From Adlercreutzia muris (GTDB lineage Bacteria > Actinomycetota > Coriobacteriia > Coriobacteriales > Eggerthellaceae), in contig NZ_WAJS01000006.1 in the NCBI RefSeq assembly GCF_008831045.1, positions 5,513 to 37,512 of the forward strand: a stretch of DNA of 32,000 bases, read 5' to 3'. Below are positions 15,628 to 24,420 of the stretch, piece after piece. The position numbers were made by a program, and so were the translations under genes. The notes under the pieces are model-generated. The model saw only the letters and a list, made by a program, of their open reading frames with translations. It had not been told where the DNA came from and ran no database searches. Position 1 is the stretch's first letter. Each line of letters opens with the position of its first letter.

Positions 15628-16779
15628 ATGTGCCAGAACCCCTTTACTCCAGCCTTTGGTGGTAAGCCTCAGCACTTTTTTGGTCGCCGATCTGAGCTTT
15701 CTCTGGTAGGAGACGCTTTGGATAACAGCCTTAGCCCCCATCGCGCTCTCTTCATTACAGGCAACCGCGGGTGCGGAAAAACGGCACTTCTTGAGCAGGT
15801 CTCCGAACTGGCCATAGCTCACAAATGGCTTGCTGTAGATGTTCATGCTGAAGATGCTCTCATGTCTGCCGTGAAAAAACTCGCCGGCGGTACCCAGCGA
15901 GAAGAAACGCGAAACGCGCAACCGGAAGCATTCGGCGTAACGTTGGGGGGAGTGTCCACGACGTTATCTACAAGCTTCACGGGCATCGACCTTTCCGATT
16001 TGATCCAAGAAAAGCTTGATGGATTGCGCTCGCCCAGGGGGATTCTCATTACAGTGGATGAAGCGCAAAAGATGTCGGAGCGCGATGCGGAGGGACTTTG
16101 CACGGGCGCTCAGATGGCCATGCGAAAAGGCTACGCAGTTATGCTCGTGCTGGCCGGTCTGCCCGAATCGAAAGAAAAAATAGCCACTTATCGTGGTTGC
16201 ACATTTATGGAGAGAGCTTTTGACATCAAACTTTCAAGCTTACTCATTGATGAGACCTACGATGCTTTTCGTGGATTACTGGCGCTGAGCACGAACTTGG
16301 TCGCTGACGAAGAGGCCATTGATCATATGGCCCGCTTCAGCTTAGGGTATCCCTACCTTATGCAGCTCATTGGGTTTTACGCTGTCGAAGTAGCTGGTGA
16401 CTGCCAAAAAGGACAGTGGGTATCTGTGGGGCCAGGAGACGTGGCGGTGGCTGAGATGACCGCCTATGCCGCCTATCGCGAAAATGTACTCAAGGCAGCT
16501 TTGCGGCCTGTGCGCAATGGGGTGCGGGGATATCTCCACACTATGGCATTGCTTCTTGATGCTGATGGACGCGCTGAAACGCGGAAGATTGCCGCAGCCT
16601 TGGAAAAGGAGCCGTCTCAGTGCACCATGATGCGCCAGCGACTTATTGACCGACGGCTTATTGTGGCGGATGGCCGCGGATTCGTTCGCTTTAACCTTCC
16701 CTATCTGGGTCAATATCTTCTTGAGGAAGAATTTGCTGACGAAAACGCTACGTCGACGCCAGGTGCATGGTTATTCTAG
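15628..16779 (+). CDS. AAA+ ATPase of the archaeal-ATPase (PF01637-like) type with a C-terminal wHTH
   Basis: NPFTPAFGGKPQHFFGRRSEL...FITGNRGCGKTALLEQV (Walker A), ILITVDEAQK (Walker B), and a C-terminal winged-helix-like segment (TRKIAAALEKEPSQCTMMRQRLIDRRLIV). Sampled lines are 37-52% GC, below the surroundings. Confidence 0.7.
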   Translation: MCQNPFTPAFGGKPQHFFGRRSELSLVGDALDNSLSPHRALFITGNRGCGKTALLEQVSELAIAHKWLAVDVHAEDALMSAVKKLAGGTQREETRNAQPEAFGVTLGGVSTTLSTSFTGIDLSDLIQEKLDGLRSPRGILITVDEAQKMSERDAEGLCTGAQMAMRKGYAVMLVLAGLPESKEKIATYRGCTFMERAFDIKLSSLLIDETYDAFRGLLALSTNLVADEEAIDHMARFSLGYPYLMQLIGFYAVEVAGDCQKGQWVSVGPGDVAVAEMTAYAAYRENVLKAALRPVRNGVRGYLHTMALLLDADGRAETRKIAAALEKEPSQCTMMRQRLIDRRLIVADGRGFVRFNLPYLGQYLLEEEFADENATSTPGAWLF

Positions 16780-16803
16780 TGCTTGTGTTTTAGGGCTCAT
16801 CCT

Positions 16804-16990
16804 CTACCGGCGTAAGTTGCCGAACAGGCCGCGCATGAGCTGGCGGCCGGCCTCGCAGCCAATCTGACCGACGACAGAGTTCGCCGTCTTCGCCATCTGC
16901 TCACGCTGCTTCTGCTCGGCCTTGGCGGCAGCGGCGACTGCGACGGGGCGGCGACTACGGCTCTGCCTTGGCCTCTGGCCGCCAACAGTT
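16804..16990 (-). pseudogene. possible C-terminal remnant of a HerA-like/DUF853 helicase
   Basis: The tail ...KAEQKQREQMAKTANSVVGQIGCEAGRQLMRGLFGNLRR resembles the YjgR/DUF853 C-terminus (...[27 protein letters not shown]) as I remember it. No upstream body exists, because the pdxK promoter and gene follow. Confidence 0.3.
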
Positions 16991-17075
16991 CGCTGGCGTT
17001 CGGAAAAATCTAAGGTCGTGCCTGCGGCGCAAGGGGTAGAATCGGCTGCGATTACCCAGTGGAAGGAGCATTCCC

Positions 17076-17951
17076 ATGACCCATGCGCCCCAGGCAACGG
17101 CCCTCTACGAGCGACGCGAGGGCTATATTCCCCGCGTGGCAGCCATCCATGACCTGTGCGGCTACGGCAAGTGTTCGCTTGGCGTAGCCATTCCCGTGCT
17201 GTCGGCGGCCGGCTGCGATGTGTGCCCGGTGCCCACGGGCCTGTTTTCCAGCCACACGGCCTTTCCCGGCTGGTACATGCACGACACGACCGACATCCTT
17301 GCCGACTACCTGGCCGCCTGGGCCGGCATCGGCGTGGAGTTGGACGCAGTGTACTCGGGCTTTCTCGGCGCGCCCGAGCAGGTGGACATCATCAAGCAGG
17401 TGTGGGACACCTACCCGGACGCGCTGCGCGTGGTGGATCCGGTGATGGCCGACCACGGCAAGGTGTACCCCACCTACACGACCGAACTCGTGGCCGCCAT
17501 GGGCACCCTGGCCGACGGGGCCGACATTCTCACGCCGAACCTCACCGAGGCTGCCATTATCCTGGGTCGCGAATGGGAAGGTGCCGACGTGGACGGGGAG
17601 ACCGTGCGATCTATCATGGGGGCCCTGCGCGAGCGCGGCGCGAAGAACGTGGTGCTGAAGGGTATCGAGCACGGTGACGGCCTCATCCACAACTACGTGT
17701 GGGGTGATTCGGTTGATTTCACCGAGACCACCAACGCGAAACTCCCCTATATGCTCCACGGCACCGGCGACGTGTTCGCCAGCACGCTCCTGGCTGCGGT
17801 CATGGCCGGTCGCGACTTGGCTTGCGCCACGGCCTTCGCGGCCGACTTCACCGCCGACGCCATGGTGGTGTCAGCCAAACAACCCGATTTCGAGGCCCGC
17901 GGTGTCTCCTTCGAGCCCCTCTTGGGGAAGGTGACGGCGCTTTTGGGCTGA
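17076..17951 (+). CDS. pdxK: pyridoxal/pyridoxamine kinase
   Basis: GGAAGGAG Shine-Dalgarno. RVAAIHDLCGYGKCSLGVAIPVLSAAG...VYSGFLG...DPVMADHGKVY...ADILTPNLTEA...HGTGDVFAS is the ribokinase-fold PdxK pattern. Confidence 0.8.
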   Translation: MTHAPQATALYERREGYIPRVAAIHDLCGYGKCSLGVAIPVLSAAGCDVCPVPTGLFSSHTAFPGWYMHDTTDILADYLAAWAGIGVELDAVYSGFLGAPEQVDIIKQVWDTYPDALRVVDPVMADHGKVYPTYTTELVAAMGTLADGADILTPNLTEAAIILGREWEGADVDGETVRSIMGALRERGAKNVVLKGIEHGDGLIHNYVWGDSVDFTETTNAKLPYMLHGTGDVFASTLLAAVMAGRDLACATAFAADFTADAMVVSAKQPDFEARGVSFEPLLGKVTALLG

Positions 17952-17964
17952 GCGAAAAGGAGGT

Positions 17965-18003
17965 GAGGAGGGGCTGCGCGGTGATCCGGTGCAGCCCCTC
18001 CTC
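17965..18003 (+). terminator. GC-rich hairpin after pdxK
   Basis: GAGGAGGGGCTGC, a 13-nt loop, then GCAGCCCCTCCTC (13-bp perfect stem). There is no T-tract, so it is an atypical intrinsic terminator. Confidence 0.45.
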
Positions 18004-18004
18004 C

Positions 18005-18049
18005 TTGACAGCGGTTCTTCTGCCATCTAGAATGTATGACATGTCATAC
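18005..18049 (+). promoter_or_regulatory. consensus-like promoter plus palindromic operator of the DinJ-PIN operon
   Basis: TTGACA (18005-18010), a 17-nt spacer, then TAGAAT (18028-18033). This is immediately followed by the perfect 16-bp palindrome GTATGACATGTCATAC (18034-18049). Confidence 0.7.
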
Positions 18050-18063
18050 GAAAGGTGGTCGCC

Positions 18064-18348
18064 ATGGAATCGGTACTCACGGTGCGTTTGGACGGCGCGG
18101 TGAAGGAGCAGGGGGCCGCAGTCATGCAAAGGTGCGGCTACACGCCCTCGGCGGCAGTGCGGCGTCTGTTCGATTACGCGGTGCGCCACGACGCGCTGCC
18201 TTTCGAGGCTCAGGAAAAGCCCTCTCGTGAGGAGATCCGCCGTCGCGTCGCCGCGTTCGACGCCTGCCATACGACGGGGCCTGCGCTTTCCGACGACGAG
18301 GTTCGTGCCCAGCGATTGGGGGAGCGCTATGGAACTGATGCTCGATAA
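18064..18348 (+). CDS. RelB/DinJ-family antitoxin
   Basis: AAAGGTGG Shine-Dalgarno. MESVLTVRLDGAVKEQGAAVMQRCGYTPSAAVRRLFDYAV is the ribbon-helix-helix DinJ pattern. It overlaps the PIN gene by 20 nt. Confidence 0.7.
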   Translation: MESVLTVRLDGAVKEQGAAVMQRCGYTPSAAVRRLFDYAVRHDALPFEAQEKPSREEIRRRVAAFDACHTTGPALSDDEVRAQRLGERYGTDAR

Positions 18349-18772
18349 CAACATCGTGCTCGACCACATCCAGCGACGCGAGCCCTTCTACGAGCTGTCG
18401 CGGCGTGCGTGCCTGCTCGGCATTGTGGGAGAAGCGAACACCTACATCAGCGTGAGCATGCTGACGGATTTGTTCTATCTGCTGCGGAAGGACTTCGGAA
18501 GTAACGGGGCCCAGGCTATGCTGGAGAACAACCTGTCGTTCTTGAAGCTTGTGAGCGTGACGCCCGAGGATGCTCAGGTGGCCCTTCGCGCACGATGGAA
18601 CGATTTCGAGGACTGTCTGGTGGCCCGCTGCGCCGAGAAGATAGGCGCCGACTACATCGTCACGCGCAATGTGAAGGATTTCGCCGCCTCGAAGGTGGAG
18701 GCGGTTACGCCCGAGGAGTTGTTCACTCGCCTCGAGCAGCAGGGCTTCATCTACGAGGAGATTGACTGGTAG
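18329..18772 (+). CDS. PIN-domain toxin (VapC-like)
   Basis: Trimmed to ATG 18329: MELMLDNNIVLD...FEDCLVARCAEKIGADYIVTRNVKDF, with the acidic PIN residues in canonical order. Confidence 0.75.
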   Translation: MELMLDNNIVLDHIQRREPFYELSRRACLLGIVGEANTYISVSMLTDLFYLLRKDFGSNGAQAMLENNLSFLKLVSVTPEDAQVALRARWNDFEDCLVARCAEKIGADYIVTRNVKDFAASKVEAVTPEELFTRLEQQGFIYEEIDW

Positions 18773-19051
18773 GAGTGGGGAGAGCGAAATCGCGTCTGGG
18801 GAGCGCATTGAACGGCTTAGGACCCTCGGCGAGCAGAAGCGCGCACTTGTGAGTATGGTTCGGGGAAATAGCTTGGGTGCTCTGGACAGAGAATAGGCTT
18901 CCGGTTTCTATTCGTAGAATGCCCCGTTTTCGAACGTTTTCCGATTACTAGTCGGAAAATTTTCGAAATTCGGGATTTATCTGATTACTAGCAAGATAAA
19001 ATAGCACCGTCGGCTACAAGGACCGCTTTAACGGGCAAGGAGGGCGATACC

Positions 19052-20263
19052 ATGATTCGACGACCGTTCTACATGGACAAATTTCGCGATCTGCACTCGT
19101 CCGAGGTAGTAAAAGTCATCGTGGGCGTACGCCGGTGCGGCAAATCGACTTTGCTCAAGCAGTTGCGCAATGATTTGGTGGAACAGGGCGTTTCTCCCGA
19201 GGCCATCATCTATATTGATTTCGAGTTGCCCTCAAATGCTCCCCTTACGGATACCTCGGCGTTTCTTTCCTTTGTCGGCGAGCGAGCGCGACAACAGAGC
19301 CAGTCCTACCTTTTCGTTGACGAGGTGCAGGAGCTTGAAGGATGGGAAAAGGCTATCAACGGGCTTAGGGCTGAGTTCGGGTTGAACATCTATGTGACGG
19401 GATCGAACGCTCGCATGTTCGCGGGAGAGGAGTCGACGTATTTGGCGGGAAGGTATGTGAGCGTGCCCGTATTCCCGTTGTCGCTTGCAGAGTTTTGCCA
19501 ATTTACCAGTGTCGAGGCGTCCGACCCCCGGGCGGTTGAGGGGGCCTATCAACTCTGGCTGCGGGAGGGGTCGTTTCCCGCTGTGGCCCTTGCTCCCAAC
19601 GAGGCGCTCAAACAGGCCCTTCTCGACGGTATTTACGAGTCGGTATTCACGCGCGACATTATCCTGCGAGGTAGAATTCGCAACGAGGCCGCATTCGTGC
19701 GCGTTGCGTCCTTCGTCCTGGAGAACATCGGGAACTTGACATCGGCTTCGGCCATTGAACGGGCGCTGAAATCGGGCGGCCACCGGGTGGGGGCCGAAAC
19801 CGTCGACAGCTACCTGCGCCTTATGCAGAGCGCTCACCTGCTCTATCGCTGCGATCGCTTCGACATACGGGGGAAGGAGCGCTTGCGCACCAACGGGAAG
19901 TACTATGTCGTGGATCCGGGGCTGCGAAATCGCGTCATCGGGTTTCGACAGAGCAATCATGGTCACGTTACCGAGAATATGGTGTACCTTGAGCTCGTCA
20001 GGCGGGGCTACGAGGTAAGTGTCGGAACGCTTCCCGGCTGCGAGATCGACTTCGTGGCGCAGCGGGAAGGAGCGCTCCACTACATCCAGGTGAGCGAGAC
20101 GGTGGCCGACCCTGCAGTTCTTCAGAGGGAGCTTGCTCCTTTCGCGAAGTTGAGGGACGCCCATCCGCGGGTTCTCATCACGAAGGACCGGTCGGACTAT
20201 GGGCAGGAAGGCGTCCGCCACATGAATCTCTTCGACTTCTTGTTGGGCGAGAAGCTGCCATAG
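19052..20263 (+). CDS. AAA ATPase with DUF4143 C-terminal domain
   Basis: AAGGAGGG Shine-Dalgarno. VIVGVRRCGKSTLLKQL (Walker A), YLFVDEVQ (Walker B). The C-terminal half (GHVTENMVYLELVRRGYEV...EIDFV) is typical of the AAA_14/DUF4143 family. Confidence 0.75.
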   Translation: MIRRPFYMDKFRDLHSSEVVKVIVGVRRCGKSTLLKQLRNDLVEQGVSPEAIIYIDFELPSNAPLTDTSAFLSFVGERARQQSQSYLFVDEVQELEGWEKAINGLRAEFGLNIYVTGSNARMFAGEESTYLAGRYVSVPVFPLSLAEFCQFTSVEASDPRAVEGAYQLWLREGSFPAVALAPNEALKQALLDGIYESVFTRDIILRGRIRNEAAFVRVASFVLENIGNLTSASAIERALKSGGHRVGAETVDSYLRLMQSAHLLYRCDRFDIRGKERLRTNGKYYVVDPGLRNRVIGFRQSNHGHVTENMVYLELVRRGYEVSVGTLPGCEIDFVAQREGALHYIQVSETVADPAVLQRELAPFAKLRDAHPRVLITKDRSDYGQEGVRHMNLFDFLLGEKLP

Positions 20264-20385
20264 CTTTCTAGAGACCGTCTGGGGCGCTGGTCGAGAGGGG
20301 CTGAGGCGTTGGCAAGGCGTCGCCCGCATGTCATCATGATGGGACGTTCTTCAGGCCGCCCCTTGGGTCAGGCTGCCTGGTTCTG

Positions 20386-20427
20386 GCAAAAAAGGACGCG
20401 CCCCGCGGGAGGGAATGCGGGGCGCGT
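20386..20427 (-). terminator. rho-independent terminator for the minus-strand flavoprotein ORF
   Basis: On the minus strand: ACGCGCCCCGC, a 10-nt loop, GCGGGGCGCGT (11-bp stem), then CCTTTTTTGCC. Confidence 0.75.
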
Positions 20428-20509
20428 AAGGGGAGGGTAAAGTTCGGGGGCGGATGTCGACCTTGGATCGAGACGGACGGCTTTCAGGCCGTCTCGGTCC
20501 GATCGGCGC

Positions 20510-21820
20510 CTAGTTCTCGGCGGCGTGCTTGCCGGCTACGCGGCCACTGGTCATGGCGTTGCCCATGTTGTTGCCGGCCGAGGGGCAGTTATAAGCGTTG
20601 CCGTAGCGCTCGCCCATGGTGTTGCCCACGGCGTACAGGCCGGGAATCACGTCATTCTTCGACGCGGTGAGCACCTGCATGTTGCCGTTCACGCACAGGC
20701 CGGCCAGCGTGTTCAGGCCCGGGCCGTACAGGTTCGGCGTGTTCTGGGCGGCGATGTAGAAGGGGGCCTCGTCGATGGGGATGAGGTTGTCGGCCGGCTT
20801 GCCGAAGTCGGTGTCCTTGCCGGCGGCGCACAGCTCGTTGTAGCGCTCGACGGCGGCCTTGGCGCTCTCCAGCGCCTCGCCTTCCAGGCCCGCGTTCGCG
20901 AGCACTTCCTCCACCGTGGAGCCCACGAACACGTCGTTGGTCATGGCCATGCCGCGGTTGGCGATTTCCAAACCGCGCACCGTCACGGTGCCGGCCGCGG
21001 GATCGGCGGCATCCATCTGGGCCTGATATTCCTCGATGCCCTCGGGGAATCCCCAGTTGGGAGCGCCGTGATCCAGGCCGCCCGCCTTGATGTAGTCCAT
21101 GTGCTTCTTGTCCATGATGGCGAAATTGCCCTGCATGGCTCCCTCCGGGTTGATGGGCTGGCGCACGGACTGGGCCAGCACCAGGCCGGCAAAGGATTCG
21201 TTCATGAAGCGCTCGCCCTTGCAGTTCAGCCACAGGCAGGGTGTGGATCCCCAGGGGCCGAACGAAATGGAGGGTGCATCGCCGGCTACAGGACGCGGAT
21301 GGCTCTCGATGGCACCGCCGGCCCAGCAGCCCATCTTGTGGCCTGAGCCGTCGCAGTCGGTCATGCCTGTGAGCATCTCGCGATCCACGCCGTGGCGCAT
21401 GGCGTTCTCGGCGCATTCCGAGCACAGCTCCCATACCATATCGGTGTTGGCACCGAAGTCGCCTGTGGCCAGAATGACGCCTTTGGCAGCGTTGAACTGC
21501 ACGTAGTTGCCGTCGGCGTCCTCGGCGATAACCCCGGTTACGGCGCCAGAGTCGTCCGACAGGCAGCGCACGGCAGTCATGCCGCAATGCCACTCGGCGC
21601 CCAGATCCTCGGCGGCGTCGCGGCAGTAGGTCTCGATCTCGGTGAGACGCGACACCTCAGTCAGCCCCGCTTTGCCCACTGGCTGCGCGTTCTGGGTGCC
21701 CACGGTTTGATGCCCTCCGGTAGTCGCGCCGCCTCGCCCCACGCGATCTGGCGGTGCTTTGGGAGGGAACGCGCAGGCGACGGCTCTCGGCGACAGGGTT
21801 GCCGGCGCTGCTGCGCACAA
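20510..21820 (-). CDS. fumarate-reductase/urocanate-reductase-family flavoprotein, N-terminally truncated (probable pseudogene)
   Basis: Homologous to 26123-27757 from about VTGVIAEDADGNYVQFNAAKGVILATGDF...GSGHKMGCWAGG...ERYNELCAAGKDTDFGK...GLYAVGN to the end. It lacks the Tat signal and the GxGxxG Rossmann motif. The first about 60 codons are low-complexity and abut the divergent LuxR start. Confidence 0.6.
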   Translation of the reverse strand: MCAAAPATLSPRAVACAFPPKAPPDRVGRGGATTGGHQTVGTQNAQPVGKAGLTEVSRLTEIETYCRDAAEDLGAEWHCGMTAVRCLSDDSGAVTGVIAEDADGNYVQFNAAKGVILATGDFGANTDMVWELCSECAENAMRHGVDREMLTGMTDCDGSGHKMGCWAGGAIESHPRPVAGDAPSISFGPWGSTPCLWLNCKGERFMNESFAGLVLAQSVRQPINPEGAMQGNFAIMDKKHMDYIKAGGLDHGAPNWGFPEGIEEYQAQMDAADPAAGTVTVRGLEIANRGMAMTNDVFVGSTVEEVLANAGLEGEALESAKAAVERYNELCAAGKDTDFGKPADNLIPIDEAPFYIAAQNTPNLYGPGLNTLAGLCVNGNMQVLTASKNDVIPGLYAVGNTMGERYGNAYNCPSAGNNMGNAMTSGRVAGKHAAEN

Positions 21821-21837
21821 GGAGAAAAGAGCGAGCT

Positions 21838-23412
21838 ATGGCGAAGTCCGCCGATATGCCCGACGCAGTGCCGCGGGCCCCTCGTCCCTTCCGCGGCGAT
21901 GGGGATGGCGCCGATCCGTCACGCGGGATGCTGGCTCTTCTCGTGCTCGGGTTGGGCTGCCTGTTCTCGTCGCTGCTCATCTACTCCGGCACGGTCATCA
22001 GCTTTCTGCGCTTCCCCGTCTTCAGCCTGGCCTTGGGCCCTGCAGGCTTCATGGGGATGTTCGCCGAGACGACGCTTCTGGCGGCTACGCTGATCGCGGC
22101 CGTGCTGGCGGCGATGAGCCTGCGCCGTTCCCGTCCGCTGCCCTTCATGGCCCTCGGGGCCGTGGCGGCCGTGGCGTACCTCTGCTGCGCCCTCGGCTTC
22201 GGTTTTGCCTGCCACTTCGCCGTCGATATCCCGACGGTCTATCTGCTGCTCGGAGCGGCTGCCGCGGTGGCCGACTGCGGGATGGCGCTCGTGTGGGGCC
22301 GCGTGTGCGCACGGCGGTTGCCCATCCGTCTGGCCCTGGTGGTGGTCGGCGCCGCTTCGGCGTTCTCGGCCGTCCTGTGCTTCCTGTACGGATGGCTCCC
22401 GTTGGAGGGAATGCTGGGGCTGCTGTTCGTGTGCTCGGCCGTAGCGGCGGTGGTGCCCCTCGCGGTGCACGAGCCGCCCGCTCCGCAAGGAGAGCCCGCC
22501 GCTGCCGACCGGCCCGCCCTGGCGTCGCTGTTCGATGTGGCCGGCATGCCGAGCCTGGGGCTGGTGGCCTTCGCCTTCGCCATGGCGGTGATGCGCACGG
22601 CCTTCAACGAGGGGCAGGGCGCCTACTTGGGGGCCCTGGCGCTGTCGGGCGCGGGAGTTGTGGCCTTTGCGTTGCTGAAGCGCGGGCCGTTTCTGCTTTC
22701 CGGGGGCCTGCAGCAGACTTTTCTCCCCATCTTCGCCCTGGTCGTGCTTGCCGGCGTCAGCATTACCGCCACGCTTGGATGGGGCGGCGGGGCGTCCGAC
22801 TGGCTCACCTACGGATTGTACTCGATGGCTGCCGTGCTCACCTTGGCCACGCTCTGCGCCGTGGCCCATGCCGGGGAGTTCTCGGCCGACCTCGTGTTCT
22901 CGGTAGCGCTGTGCGCGTTCTGCGGTGCCTCGTTTCTGGGGCAGCAGGTGGGCGGCGCGCTTCCCGACGAGATGATCTCCGTCACGGTCACCCTCACCAC
23001 CATGCTCTACGCCTTCGCGCTCGTGCTGGTATCCCACGTGCGTTGTCGCTCCGAGGCGGATGGTATCCTCGGCGATGCGGGGGCTTCCGGGGAGACGTTT
23101 CCGGTTCCTGCGGTTGGGAGCGGCGCCCCGGTTGCGGGGGCCGAGGAGGCCTCGTTGCCCGATGCAGCACGAGGATGCGAGCCCCTGGGGTTTGCCGGCC
23201 GTTGCGCCGCGCTCGCCGACGCCCACGGCCTGACGGCCCGCGAACGGGAGATCCTCACGTACTTGGCCGAGGGCCACAACGGATCCTACATCGCCAGCGC
23301 CCTGTTCATATCGCCCAACACGGCGCGCACCCACATCCACAACATCTACCGGAAGCTCAACATCTCCTCACGCGAGGACATCCTGCGCCTTACCCGCGAG
23401 CCGCGCTCTTGA
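21838..23412 (+). CDS. membrane-embedded LuxR-family regulator (multi-TM N-terminus plus C-terminal HTH)
   Basis: Long hydrophobic N-terminal region with many predicted TM helices. The C-terminus is LTAREREILTYLAEGHNGSYIASALFISPNTARTHIHNIYRKLNISSREDILRL. The start is uncertain: ATG 21838, or the later M at MLALLV. Confidence 0.75.
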   Translation: MAKSADMPDAVPRAPRPFRGDGDGADPSRGMLALLVLGLGCLFSSLLIYSGTVISFLRFPVFSLALGPAGFMGMFAETTLLAATLIAAVLAAMSLRRSRPLPFMALGAVAAVAYLCCALGFGFACHFAVDIPTVYLLLGAAAAVADCGMALVWGRVCARRLPIRLALVVVGAASAFSAVLCFLYGWLPLEGMLGLLFVCSAVAAVVPLAVHEPPAPQGEPAAADRPALASLFDVAGMPSLGLVAFAFAMAVMRTAFNEGQGAYLGALALSGAGVVAFALLKRGPFLLSGGLQQTFLPIFALVVLAGVSITATLGWGGGASDWLTYGLYSMAAVLTLATLCAVAHAGEFSADLVFSVALCAFCGASFLGQQVGGALPDEMISVTVTLTTMLYAFALVLVSHVRCRSEADGILGDAGASGETFPVPAVGSGAPVAGAEEASLPDAARGCEPLGFAGRCAALADAHGLTAREREILTYLAEGHNGSYIASALFISPNTARTHIHNIYRKLNISSREDILRLTREPRS

Positions 23413-23529
23413 CGGGCGTGGAGCTGTTCGCCGAACAGGGGTGCGGTACAAGCATCGCTCCCGCCCCCGAGGTGGAGGAGACACACTAGCGTGGGGTACG
23501 TCGAGAGACATTCGTGGGCGATAAACAGC

Positions 23530-23562
23530 AGGGCGCCCCGCGACATTCGCCGGGGGCGCCCT
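23530..23562 (+). terminator. GC-rich hairpin downstream of the LuxR gene
   Basis: AGGGCGCCCC, a 13-nt loop, then GGGGCGCCCT (10-bp stem), followed by TTGCC. Confidence 0.4.
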
Positions 23563-23718
23563 TTGCCTGCGTACGTGGTGAGGCGCCCTCTCGATTGAGG
23601 AAGCGCGCGGTTGCGGCGTTAGTTCCGCACGGCGTCCTTGATGAGGTCGTTCAGCTCCTCGTCGGTCAGGTTGTAGCTGTACATAGTGCTGTAGTACGCG
23701 CGGGCGAGAGGTTTTCGG

Positions 23719-24420
23719 ATGCTGTTTCTTTTAACGGGCGAGGTTCAGATAGGGAAGACGCGCTGGCTGGAGAAGCTCGTCGCCGACCTGGCCGAGTGCG
23801 GCGTGCTGTGCGCCGGGGTGCTCGCGCCGGGGCAGTGGGTGGCCTCGGCAGGGGAGCGGGCCGACGGAAACGGCTACGAGAAGCTCGGCATCGACAACGT
23901 GCTCTTGCCCAGTGGCGAGTGCATCCCCTTCGCGCGCCGGGGCGACTTGGCCCGCGCCGACGGCACCTTCGACGAGGGATCCCAGGCCGCCCGGGCGGAA
24001 CTGGCCTGGCATATATCCGACGCGGCCATCGAGCACGTGAACGCCCACTTCGAGAAGCTGCGCTCTCTGGCCTGCGCAGAATCTGTCCCCGAATCGGAAG
24101 GGTCGCCCCGCCTTCGGCGCCCTGGCCTGCTCGTCGTGGACGAGCTGGGCCGTCTGGAAATCTGGCGCGGCGGCGGCCTGACCGAGGCGGTGGGCCTGCT
24201 CGCCGAGGGCCCCTCTGCGGCGTTTCCCCATGCGCTCGTGGTGGTGCGCGACTATCTGGCCGACGACGCCGAGGCCCTGCTCGCCGCCGCGTGGCCCGAT
24301 CGCATTCGCATCGCTCCCGACAAGGAGGGCCGGGCAGCCGTCCTGTCGGCGGCGCGTGCGGCTGAGCTTCTCTCTAGCTCTCTGCCATCAGCAAGTCGAG
24401 CAGTTCTTGGCGGGTGTTGA
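23719..24420 (+). CDS. P-loop NTPase, THEP1/DUF2478-like
   Basis: GAGAGG Shine-Dalgarno. LLTGEVQIGKTRWL (Walker A) and LLVVDELGRLE (Walker B). Small size. The 3' end overlaps the convergent LuxR gene by 47 nt. Confidence 0.55.
   Translation: MLFLLTGEVQIGKTRWLEKLVADLAECGVLCAGVLAPGQWVASAGERADGNGYEKLGIDNVLLPSGECIPFARRGDLARADGTFDEGSQAARAELAWHISDAAIEHVNAHFEKLRSLACAESVPESEGSPRLRRPGLLVVDELGRLEIWRGGGLTEAVGLLAEGPSAAFPHALVVVRDYLADDAEALLAAAWPDRIRIAPDKEGRAAVLSAARAAELLSSSLPSASRAVLGGC

Noticed and set aside
23620-23685. 21-codon minus-strand ORF (MYSYNLTDEELNDLIKDAVRN) divergent from the NTPase gene
   Set aside because: It has no convincing Shine-Dalgarno, is very short, and could arise by chance. It is kept only as a note for ribosome-profiling or conservation checks.
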